Assembly (NCBI GenBank): GCA_021613535.1
Contig: CP075495.1
Coordinates: forward strand, 9,424,001 to 9,488,000
DNA length: 64,000 bases
From: Adineta vaga
Taxonomy: Eukaryota > Animalia > Rotifera
Direction: 5' to 3'
Shown: positions 1 through 19,598 of the stretch, piece by piece
Position numbering within the stretch: position 1 is the first letter of the stretch
How the letters are laid out: the number at the start of each line of letters is the position of its first letter
Translations under genes and position numbers: made by a program
Notes under the pieces: model-generated
Database searches by the model: none
What the model saw: the letters and a program-made list of their open reading frames with translations, nothing else
Told to the model about the DNA's origin: nothing

Positions 1-456
1 AAGAAGATGGTATGTCCTCGGGCGACAAGAAATAGATAGATCGATCGATAGATATTCATGTTACTAGTGATGATCGTTTAGCGGGTATAGGGGGGAGCGA
101 GAGAGAAAGAGAAAGAGGCATGAAGTGTCCAACAGCTTGCATATTTAATGATAGATATCATTCTTCTCGTTTCTTTTTTCTTCTTGGCTATGGAATTAAA
201 AATAAGAGAAAGCTTCAGGCAAGATCTGGTGGTATTGTATTAATCGAAATAAGATCAAAAAAACCGAACGAACGAAAGAAGAAAAAGAAAAACAAGATTG
301 TAATATAAGTGAACAAATATAATGTACAACATGCGCAGAAAAAAATTTTTTCTAGAGAATAAGAAAAGTCGAAGAAAAAAAAATAAAAAAATAAGACAGA
401 ATTTTTTTTTCTTAGTCGATATGCGTCAAAACTAATCTTTTTTCGTTTTTCATTAG

Positions 457-2504
457 TCAAAAATATGTAGGATAGATACCAACATGATGTTGTTGACTTG
501 ACATATATGATGCTTTAATTGGTGATGAAGAATTTGATGGTGATGAAGATGATGATGTACCTGTTGTTGTTCCTGTTGTTGTTGCTGTACCTATGGATGA
601 TAACATGGATGAAGAGAATAATGGATGAAGTGCTGCAGCAGCTGCATATGCTGCTTGTTGAGATTGATGATAAGCTGATGATGATGGCGATGATGATGTT
701 GATGCACTGTTAACTGCCATAGCTGCAGCGGCTGCTTGAGCATGATAACCATTTAATGCTGGTTCATTCTTCATTAAAAGTCCATAAGGAAATGGATCTT
801 TATCTTTCATGCTACACGATGAACTACTAGCAAGTAAACTACCATTACCACTACGTTTTGTATTTGGTTTTCGATTACGTGTTTGAATGTTCTCTTTTTT
901 CAATGTTATTGGACGATTTACCTATCAAATATAATGATCTGTTTAGAAAAAATTAAAGAATAACAAATGTTTTGTTTATCTATTAACTTCTAATTGTTGT
1001 TATTACGTCAGATTAGAAAAACAGATTCTTCTTCGACACTTTCTTTTCCTAACGGTTCATCATTTTCAATTGAATATGATAATGAAAATGATGATGATAA
1101 TGATGATGTTGATGTACATGGACAATGTCTCAAATTGTATTCTTTGTCTCTAATCGAATTTGTCACGTATTTAATACAATGAATGAATGAATTCAAACGC
1201 GTTTATGCGATTGATCATGATAATTATGTATACGTTCATGGACATAGCAAAATTCTATCCATAAATCAGTTCATCATGTAAATTTAACACATTTTTGACT
1301 TTAAGAATTTTTTGATCGAATTAAAATACGTTTTCTTCTCACGCGTTTTCTCTCTCCTATTACCTTATGTAATTTATAATACAAACCACATGCATTACAA
1401 ACACTTTCACCATGCCCATTTCGTCGCCATAAGGTTGTTGTGCTTGTATTACAATTTGAACAGTGAACACCTGTTTTCTTAACTGTTGACTAAATTATTG
1501 GAAAGAAAAAGAAAATAGATGATAATCAAAATTTGACTATATTTTCTTACTAAACGTCGTTTAGGTTTAATCAATGGTCGATTGTGTCCATTCATTTTAT
1601 GATAAAGACCACAAGCATTACATAGATAATTACCATTACCATCACGTCTCCATAGTGGTGTAGCTTTAGCTCCACAATTCACACATTCACGTCCTTCAGC
1701 TAAAGAAAAGCAAGAGAAAGAAAATAATCAAATTATTCATTAGTGAATATAATTGAATGTTTGACAAACCTTGACTAGGTTTCTTTTTCGAATTTGAATT
1801 GGAAATTTTTCCTGATGAATCTGTTGGTGATTTCATTGTTGACCAAAACATAGCTGGATCTTTCAGAACATGTCCCCAATTATGATGATGATGATAAGCT
1901 GCAGCTGCGGCAGCTGCACTCGTTGTTGGTGATGTTGTATTTAGAAAAAGATTTTGATGAGGATGATGATGTGAATGATACGTTTTATTATTATTAAGTA
2001 GTTCTTGTTGCTGTTGTAGTTGCTGCTGTTGTTGTTGTTGCTGTTGTTGTTGTTGTTGTTGTTTACTAGATGCATCAAGTAATGTATCATGTGGAAGATC
2101 TTTGGGTGGTGTTGGAGGATAATACGGTTGACCAAATACTGCTGCTGTTGATGTTGGATTTGCTGTTGACATGAAATTTGTATGAGCATGTGGTGGTGGT
2201 GGATGAGAAGATGTATAAGGAAAGGTAGATGATGCTTGAGTTGACCAATTAGCAACGGAATATTTACTTGGTTCGACCCAAGGAAGTGATGTAAGAGCTA
2301 TAAGAATAAAAGATTTTTTTCTAAATATCTTTATCTTATATAATGACTATTTGTAAACTTACGTGCTGTTCCATACGGTCGATAATAGTCTACACTTGCT
2401 GAATAACATTCAGATGGATAATTATTCCAAGTATTGCGATGTGCATTATTATTAGTATTCGTATTGTTAGATGATGATGATGTTGGTGATTCAAATGTAT
2501 CCAT
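457..2504 (-). CDS. GATA123: GATA transcription factor, GATA1/2/3 class, two zinc fingers (5 coding exons: ~2504-2363, 2297-1770, 1699-1551, 1489-1364, 921-457)
   Basis: Spliced translation gives [49 protein letters not shown] and [51 protein letters not shown]. The PPTPPKD motif and IQTRNRK (rather than TRKRK) are GATA1/2/3 hallmarks. GT-AG introns keep phase. Confidence 0.95.
2003..2062 (-). repeat. CAA/CAG trinucleotide tract encoding polyQ in GATA
   Basis: (ttg/ctg)n on + strand; translates as [19 protein letters not shown] in ORF 1696..2172. Confidence 0.9.
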
Positions 2505-5066
2505 AATATCTATAAATTTCTATAGATAAATACATACATATACATACATAGTTTTATTGTCTAATTAAGTCAAGAATGTATGAGTAATGATGAAACGGAT
2601 TTATCTCAATTTGAGATACATTCACAAATACCTATCTATATTCTATTCTCGTCACTCGTATATCTTGTCTTCGATAGGATCTTTTGTTGAAACTACAAGT
2701 TACACGCGTCGACCGCTAGCACAGATAACAACAGCATTTTTTCTTCGATGTATGAGCAAAACGAGAAACGAAGAGAAATATGGTAAAAGAGCAAGATTCT
2801 TTTGACAAGATATGCGTCTATCTAGATTTTTTTCTATTACCTATTTCTCTCTCTTCTAGCTTGGCGTACAAGGCAATTTGTGTTTCGTTGTATATATGTA
2901 TGATTTAGTTTTCTTTTTTTTCTCATTTTCTCTCCCTTTCTATTGCAATGTAATGGCTAATCAGATAAATGCATTCATGCGAGAGAAAGAGAGAGAGAGA
3001 GAAAGAAAGAAGATGTTCGTGCTCGTCAAACGAACACTATTGACTTCTCTCTCTTTTTTTCTTCTTTTTCTCTTCTGTCTTATATTCGAGGTGATATATG
3101 CAATTGGATTGGTTAATTGAGTACAGATACATTTTTGTCCAATGATAGATAAGATAGATGTTATCTGATTGGAAAAGAAAAAAGAAGAAAAACAACGATA
3201 ATTATTCTGACTGTTATTACTATTTCTTAACTGTATTCAATCAAGTGGATATTTACAAAGAAAATGAATATTAATTAATATTCAATATTTCTAACAAGAT
3301 GACTTTAATAGTGATAAGAACATACAAAGTACATCTTTATTTGTATTTTATTTATTGATCAAAATGGAGAATTACAATGTGATATTTCGAGCTGACGTTT
3401 TCATATTTGTTTGAAATTATAGAATATGATGAATGATGCAATAGTTCGAGTTCCTGATGTGTCTTTGTACGTACACATATATATATATATATCTATGTTT
3501 TATCATCTTGTTGACCACCAACAGAGAGTATTTTATTGAAAAATGAATAGATCGTTATTGAACAACAGAGAACATAAAAATTCCTTTTGAATAAATTTTC
3601 AGATCGCAAAGAAAAAAACGGAAGTATGTTTCATTGATATTTGGTATGCTGTGTTTGCTTGATGATGACGACGACGACTACGTTGATGTTTATTTATCTT
3701 TATATATGATCAATCATTCAATTAATCGAGAACGTAAAAAAAAGAAGGAGAGACGAATGTGACATACCATACAGGTAAACTATGAATATATCTACGTACG
3801 TGTATAAATGAAATCACTTTTCGAGACGAAGAATGAAAGTGCGAGTCCATTAGATGACAGTTAATCGACAGGCGAACGCAACTGTCACCCATGAACGAGT
3901 CCATAAATCCTACGCAATATTGATTCATTTATCAAATAGCTAAAGAAAGAAAAAAATAGCTCGTAGGAAAATTATCACTTTCATTCGATAGATTTTCTTT
4001 TCCTTCTTTCTTTTTTACATTTTTAGTCATGTGTTTTTTTCTTCTCTTGCAATAAAATGATAATTAGATCATTTGCAAAAAGTAGAAGAAGAAAATGGCT
4101 TCTCACAATATAAATGAAGCATATAGGTATGCCCGAGGGTGGGCGTTACCGACTCTAACACATTTTTTTTCTCTATGTTCGATGCGCATTGGTGACGTGC
4201 AAAAGAAATGAACTAAGGAAATGAATGACAGATAGATGGATAGTTGTGGGTGTTACGTATATGTAGATAGATAGACACTTGGCGGAACAATAACAACAAC
4301 AACAGTGAACCGTTTGCTTTTTTCAATTATATCTTCTTGTTATTCTACTTTGACGCGAATTGAAGATAATAAACTGACACAATAAAAATAAAACATCTGC
4401 ATGTTGATGAGTAAAACTAATCAGAACGTTAATTCGTAGTTAAAAGAAAAGAAAATCTTGAATTTTCATTGTTCTAAAATCCTATTTTGAGTACATATAT
4501 TCCACGCTTTAACGAACAATAAAAAGAAAAGTAAAGACAACAACAACATATCATCATTCTTATACACCCTTCGAACATCTCATATGAATTAATCATTAAA
4601 ACTGTTCATTTCTTTGACAAGATCCTCCCATCTATTTCTTAACTCCAAATGCATATTTGACATAAAGAGAGATCGATGAGTGTCTCTATCTCATTCGCTT
4701 GTAATTATGTTTAAACGAACGTGTAACTATCTCTTTTTCTGCCGACAAACATATCTCCTCACATAAAACTAGCAGCTGACTAACATTTATCAATCGATAT
4801 TTCGATTTTTATCTCTATGTTCTGTCTCGGAAACAGACTGAAGATATATCCATGTCCATGTAAATCAAAAAGGAAAAAGAAGATGCCATCTCGAACATAC
4901 ACACTTCATGATAATGATACAGTCTAGCTTCCATCAGATTCATTTCAATGAATTAATCGTAGACTCCGCCTATTGAAAAGATAATTATTCGATGATTATG
5001 ATGATTATACATATACTCAAATAAATGATAATGAAGAGAAGAAAAGATAACTATTTATTTGATTTA

Positions 5067-7010
5067 TTTAAAATAAACACAAAATCATCTGACAATTATT
5101 TCTTCTTTTTTTTACTATCTTTGCCGCTTGATTTTTCTTTTTTACCATCTTTTTTATGATGATCACTAGTATTTGAAAAAGAAAACACACGTGAATGATT
5201 CATCTGAAAAGATAATTCATGTTTAGTACATACTCTTTTTCTTCTTTCTTATCTTTTTTTCTAAAAAAAGACATGAAAAACAAATTATACGATAGATTTA
5301 GTAATATACGTACAAATCATTCGTTTTATCTTTTTTCTTTTCTTCACTTTCTTTTGATTCAATATCTCTCTGTGGTTTTGCTGCATGTGGAGTATTTAAT
5401 GTAGCCATTGGTTTAGCTATTTCATCGATAGATTTTCTCTCTTCATTCGTTGTTAAGCGATGATCAATTATTTGTGGTCTAATTAATCAGAAAATAGAAT
5501 AGAAAAACGATAATCACAACTACAAGTAACCACTCACGGAACTTGTGGAAGTTTTATTTGTGGTGATGAAACTAAAATGGATTATAAAAAGAAAAAGTAA
5601 GCGAAGAGAAGATCAATCCACATATGACAACAAACCATATTCACTATTTTGAAAAGGTTCTATATGAGTGTTTGGAACTGGTAATGGTTGATGAGAAATA
5701 GTTACTGCGGTTGTTGATGATGGTCGCTAAAAAGAATTTTAATATATACATGGTAGTGACGATCTCACAACTGGATTTTGATGCATATGATGAGATTATT
5801 CAATGAAAGCGAAAGAAAAATTTTCAATTACTTGAGGTTCATTTTGAGTTAGTGGTTGGGCTTTCGCTGCATAATATTGATTACCTTTTTGTAATAACAT
5901 AACGAGTTGTCCTTCAGTTAAACCTTGAGGTAATTGTGATGGCGAATAAATATGACGACGAACATTGATTTTATTCGAGTGATCAATGGGTACATTTGGA
6001 GGAAAAAATGGTCCAGATTGTGGTGAATCTGAAATGATTAGAAATAGTTAACAAAAGAAAAGTTCAATATTGTGTTGATTTCTTTTACATGCTTGTCGAT
6101 CTCTTTCATTACCATAATAATCACGATATTGTTGTTGTGGTGGTGGAATATTTGGATAGATTGGTAGTTGATCATTATGTTGTTTTGGAAAACCTACCGA
6201 TGAATCATATTGATATTGAAGATCATAATCATTATATTGACTTAAAGGTTGATAATTATTATATTGAGAGGGAATATTCTATAATTAAATCACACTTCTT
6301 ATTAAGAGAAAGAAAAAGGAACGAAAATCATTTTGCATGTCATACCCGTGGTGATTGACCATAAGGTGTTGAACCATTTCTTATATCATGCATCATTGAT
6401 ACATCTTCATAATCAATTAAAACCATATTATTATCTATTCGTTTGTCCGATAAACGATTCAATGTATTTGTTGATACATAAACCTGAATGAAGTAATAAA
6501 TTCGATTCTATATCAATATCTATGGCATACTTCATAGACCGATAATTCATCATCACTATGCTGCATAATATTATAATCATTTTGATGATCATATCTTACA
6601 GGTCGAGAATATTGATAATTATTTATAGTACCATCTTGATAATATCTCGAACGATTTGTTAATATTTGAGAATTTTGATCTTGTTGATTATCTTTTCGTC
6701 GATACATATAATCACGTTCTTTCTGTTGTCTTAGACTTAGATAATCCTCATCATCAATATTATAATCTTGTTCTTCTGGTGGATCATTGAAATAAGTTTT
6801 TAATTGTTGTTGAGATTTCTTTTGATTTTTATTACATAATTCTCGCATAAAATTATTTTCTAATCGGTGTATTTCGGGTATTTCAATATCATCATTACGA
6901 TTTATACATAATAAAAAACAATTATCTAAATAACGATCACGATTAGTTGATGATCGAATCGGATCTTCTGATGGTTGAGGTGATGGACCTTGACGATCTC
7001 GAAAGACCAT
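5067..7010 (-). CDS. Uncharacterised low-complexity (Q/N/P/Y-rich, basic C-terminus) multi-exon protein; 3' end uncertain
   Basis: ORF 6513..7010 continues in phase through GT-AG exons at ~6483-6346, 6278-6089, 6028-5832, 5726-5645, 5571-5538 and 5478-5348 (e.g. SPQSGPFFPPNVPIDHSNKINVRRHIYSPSQLPQGLTEGQLVMLLQKG). No domain recognised. Confidence 0.6.
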
Positions 7011-7696
7011 AATAAAATGTCGATGACAAAAGAAAAAAACAAGATATTTCTATTATGAATTATTCGATCGAATACAAAGCACGAAAAAAAAACCGCGCGT
7101 GTTTAATAAATATTTCGATATTTGTTTTATGAATTATAGATTTTATCATTAACTTCTCGAAAAAAATGAAGTTGCAGGCCTGGAATTATCCATATATGAT
7201 ATAATGACGCTTTATCTACTCAGAAAAGATTTGTAAATGTATTTTATGACATTGTTATGACACGTGATAGAACATAACTAACGATGCAGTTAATGCCTGA
7301 ATGCTTTCTGTTAATGAAAAATAAAAGAGTTGGAAAATCAGATAATTAACATGTCAGATCATTTGTTGACAATCAAATATTTCCGAATGGATTACTATCG
7401 TACCAAGTCAGAATTTTCACAAAAAATGATAGAAAACGATCGATTATACAAGTAGAAATATGATTCTAAATTACAAAACTATTTCTTGATTCGAACAAAC
7501 ATTCAATATTCTGCATTTATAGAATTATTTTTTCCCCATGAAAAGAACGTTGATTAAACTAGTGTTTGAAGTTCATTCAATATGACTATCTGTTTAGTAT
7601 ATATGTATGTATGTATATATATATATATAGTTGTCAAACTTCTTTTCTGACATCTTATTTAGTTTGTCATTTATGACAAAGTCTTTATTATGTCGA

Positions 7697-7714
7697 ACAC
7701 ACACACACACACAC
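7697..7714 (+). repeat. (AC)n microsatellite upstream of the neuropeptide gene
   Basis: acacacacacacacacac, followed ~10 bp later by tgtgtgtg. Confidence 0.85.
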
Positions 7715-7926
7715 GTCTCTACTGTGTGTGTAGGATGATGGTTAAGTGAGTGGGTGCAAATACTAAAAAGACTAGAACAACGAACTGATGACTAATCATT
7801 TAGTATTAATTGGATCTGTTCGTGGAGAAAGAACGAGAAACTAAAGAGATCTCATTTATATAAATATGTATCCATTCTATCTATATTGTCTATCTATATT
7901 CAAATAGACAGCTTAACACCAAACAT

Positions 7927-8394
7927 ATGGCACAAAGTCATCGATTTCTTGCTTTTAGTTGTATTACAATTGTTCTTCTATTGACTATTTCGAAATGCAG
8001 TTCATCGTATCCATTATTTACGGAATTACCAGGTAGAATTTCAGTGTATTTGACTAATCAATCATATCAATGAAAATTTATTTTAGTTCCAGAACGTCCT
8101 GCAAAATTTGTGTCAAAAAATGATGTGAATCATTATGTTAATCGAGTATAATCACAGAAATCTCTTTTATACTTATATAGATATATTCAATCGTTCATTT
8201 TCATTTAGATGAAACAATATTATGAAACAATGAAACATTTGAGATATTGGCGTCGAGATATCGATCAATCAGATGAAGAATATGATGATAAATTAGAAGG
8301 TAAATATTTATTACGAAAATCAATATAGAAGAAAACGTTGTTTTTTCTCTCAGATATACTTCAACAATACAAGAATCTATATTATAAACGTTAG
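7927..8394 (+). CDS. NPY/NPF-like neuropeptide precursor, 98 aa, 4 exons (7927-8032, 8087-8145, 8209-8299, 8354-8394)
   Basis: Splices to MAQSHRFLAFSCITIVLLLTISKCSSSYPLFTELPVPERPAKFVSKNDVNHYVNRMKQYYETMKHLRYWRRDIDQSDEEYDDKLEDILQQYKNLYYKR*. It has a hydrophobic signal peptide, the PxRPxxF...Y...YY...RY spacing of NPF, a dibasic RR site and an acidic C-peptide. All introns are GT-AG and phase-consistent. Confidence 0.85.
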
Positions 8395-9843
8395 TCTCTA
8401 TATAAAATCAAGAGCTATTACAAGAGAAATTATCTTTTTTTCCTAAAAAATATTGTGTCGTGCGTGTCATATCTTTGAAATATATGTGCTTTTTTGTTTA
8501 ATGTATATTATTACTCATGATAACATTTTGTGATTATTTATGAGTACATTTTATCAGAAGAGCAATTCATGGCATTGATTTTAATCTTTTTCTTTACAAA
8601 AATACTCAATAAATGAAAATCAATTCGTATAAATCGAATAAGCCTTCTTCTAAAACAGTCTTATACCCCAAAAAATCACAAATAACTGTTTCTAACCAAG
8701 TACATTTGTTTTCATACATAAACAAGTAGATTTTGGATATTTTAATAGCTATTGTCAGTATTTTTTATGATTCAATTATTCTAACATAAGTCACTTGAAA
8801 AACTGTTAAACATATTAGACATTTCTCGAAATATTATAATATGGAATATTTATTATTCATGTGTCTTCATGTTGATAAAGTACTATTTCATCATATAGTG
8901 CATGAACCTTTTAAATAGACAGAAAGTCATCTGTTATTTATATTCATTGAATATTCATAACTGTTGCAATATGCCAAGTACTAGTGTCTGTTAACTTTTG
9001 TGAGGGTTTTATTACTATTATAATCAGTCTTTATTGATAACAATAATTAAATTCATAAAAAGTATTATGTATTTCAGTGTTGATGTTTTCTTCATGATTA
9101 CCAAGAAAGAGTAATAACTAATCAAACAAATATTATTCTCTTGATATTTAGATCTCTAAATTCGTTATAAACTCTAAAATATACACACTCACAATGTATG
9201 AAAAAGATATTAGAGTTACTTGTTGATTACTATTCACACAATTCATTTGGATCATTTTTTCTTTCTATATGACATGTTAAACTGATCAGATTTTATTTAT
9301 TCTCGTCTCAATCGATTTTCATCATTTCGACAAAATATCGGATCTATCTTCAATAGCTCGAATAGATTTATCAATCAATATCAGATATCTTCTATGATTA
9401 TTTATTTATCAAGTTATTTGTATAGAAATCATTGTTAGTAGACAATGGTATTTGTGTTTGTACTTCTCGAATATGAATAAGAACGTTTGAGTTTATAAAT
9501 CTTTTCTTTTGAAAATAATTCTTTATGTTTTTGAAGAAACAAAAAATCCTGTACAAAGGAACGAACAAAGAAAAGAAAAATCCACACAAAAGATGTACGT
9601 TAAATCTATAATTATAATACTAGATACATTATCTGATAATGGGCAACTCACAATAGAACACGGCATACATATACATACATGCACAAGACATAAATAAAAG
9701 TGAAATAGAGGCATCTTATGTTGCTAATGAATAAAACAATTATGTACTGTTGTCAACGAAGACTAAGAAGAAGAAAAACAGAAAAAAAGGCAATGAAAAT
9801 ATATCACATGAAAAATAATCGTCGTTTCGTCATCGGATATAAA

Positions 9844-17624
<7,781 letters not shown>

Positions 17625-19573
17625 TGAAATAATATTAATCAAGACGAATAACAAGAAGTTAAAAAAATAGATAATCGCCACACAGACACAACATGTAAAC
17701 TAGACGAATATATGTATACACATCGATGCTAAAATGATTCAAGTATAAATAAAGAAGAAAAGTGTCGATAGTTATTGTTGTGTTCACTTTATTATATTTT
17801 ATCGTGAATAGAATAAGAACAATAGAAGAAAAAAATAATAGAAGGAAACATGCCAAGAAAACTTATTTATATGATGCCGAATAAAAGTTGAGAAAGAGGA
17901 GTGGTATTAGTCAAGATTCTCTCCTCACATCAGACAGCGTGTCTTATTTATAAGCGCGTCTCAGACGAACGAGCGAAACTCAACGATAGGAACGTATTAA
18001 ATAATAGCTACATTTGATTTGTTTTCAGTCTTCGTCGTCCTATTATCATCAACGCGTGTAGTCGAAAGATGCTAACAACCCAACGACTTTTCTCATACTT
18101 ATTCTCAACCCCATGCAAATACACAATGCATATCTTGTGTTTCATCGTTCTCCTGAAATTCTTTATATTACTACGTTTGGTTTCTCTGTCTCTGTCTGTC
18201 TCTGTCTCTCTTCTCCTGTTGTTCCCATAGGCGCTAACACTAACTAGAAAGCAAGTGCTATCGATATCGCTTGGATGCTTAGATTTTATGTTTCTCTCTA
18301 TCTGCTTTGATCGATCTCATCCTATCATTCGATGATGATGATGATGAGAAGCGTAAATCGTTCGCAAGATTTTTTTCTTTTTTATCTTATTATATTATGC
18401 TAGAAATCTTGGTCGTAGTGAGATGATTAGGTGTCGGCAGGCAAAGAAAGATTTCTGTAGGATATATAACTAAATATATATATATATATATATATACAAA
18501 GAAGGGGAGCAGTAGTACTCATTATTATGATCCTCGTTATTCGTCTTTCTGTTCTCGAGTAACCTTTATATTTTTACAGCATGTTGTCAACTATCTGTCA
18601 GTATACAGGTGGTTATTTTTTCAAAGAAAAGAGAAAGATAAAGAAGTGGAGAAAAAAGTAAAAAAAAGGAAAAAAACGGAAATTGTCATCATTCTCACGG
18701 TTGCACACAGGGGAATGGTCTTAATGTTGATGAGAGATTTAATGTGACAACGACGAACTAAGCAAGAAGAAAAGAAAAGAAATAAAATAGACTACATAAT
18801 CAAGAAATATATGTAAATACTAAAGATCAAGGGACGAACAATAGACTTGTTAATGATAGCGTGTAATTTTCTTCTTCATTGACTATAATATCCTAAACAA
18901 AGTGATTGCTTTGTTCTTTATCATTCTATATGTCTAACTATTTTCTTGCTAAGGCCAATTGGGAATAATGGTTGAGGAAAATGTATGTCTAACAAATATC
19001 AACAGTTGTCGCATAACTAAAACGAGAACAACATGATTAAAATCTCTAGTCAAACTGGCTAGTTAGATCTGATTTCTCGAAAAAAATATGAAATGAACAT
19101 GAAATAATCGAAATTATTGACAATCGATTACTTAACTAATTATATCTTCATCACTAAGAATCAATGTTTATTCCTTATATCTTGGTCACAGAACGTCTCT
19201 GTGCATTTTCTGTTCTATTTGTACTAGCTGAATAATATGACTTGTTTGCATTCGCGTAACAGACAGATATAGTAAGCCAGTCGCGCATCCAACAAGATCG
19301 AATCTGCATCTCGTTATTAATTAGAGATATAGATAGGAAAAAAGAAAAAAACATCATCAACGAACGAATGCTTGATCAATATGCTATACAATCTTTATAC
19401 TTCTCATTTATTTTGCTTCGTTCTTTTCTAGATTTCAATCAACCCCATAATATTATCGAGCTTTGCATGAAAAAGATCGATCAATTCTATTTTCCTCAAT
19501 CTGCAGTTGAGACAGAGAAAAAAAGATTGTTATTTAACGCAAAAAATAATATTCAATCATTGGGATTCAGATG

Positions 19574-19598
19574 AAGAGAGAGAGAGAGAGAGAGAGAG
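19574..19598 (+). repeat. (GA)n microsatellite
   Basis: agagagagagagagagagagagag. Confidence 0.85.

Noticed and set aside
7786-7815. CTGATGA hammerhead-like core (also CTGACGA on the minus strand near 24222)
   Set aside because: No properly spaced stem II plus GAAA and cleavage triplet
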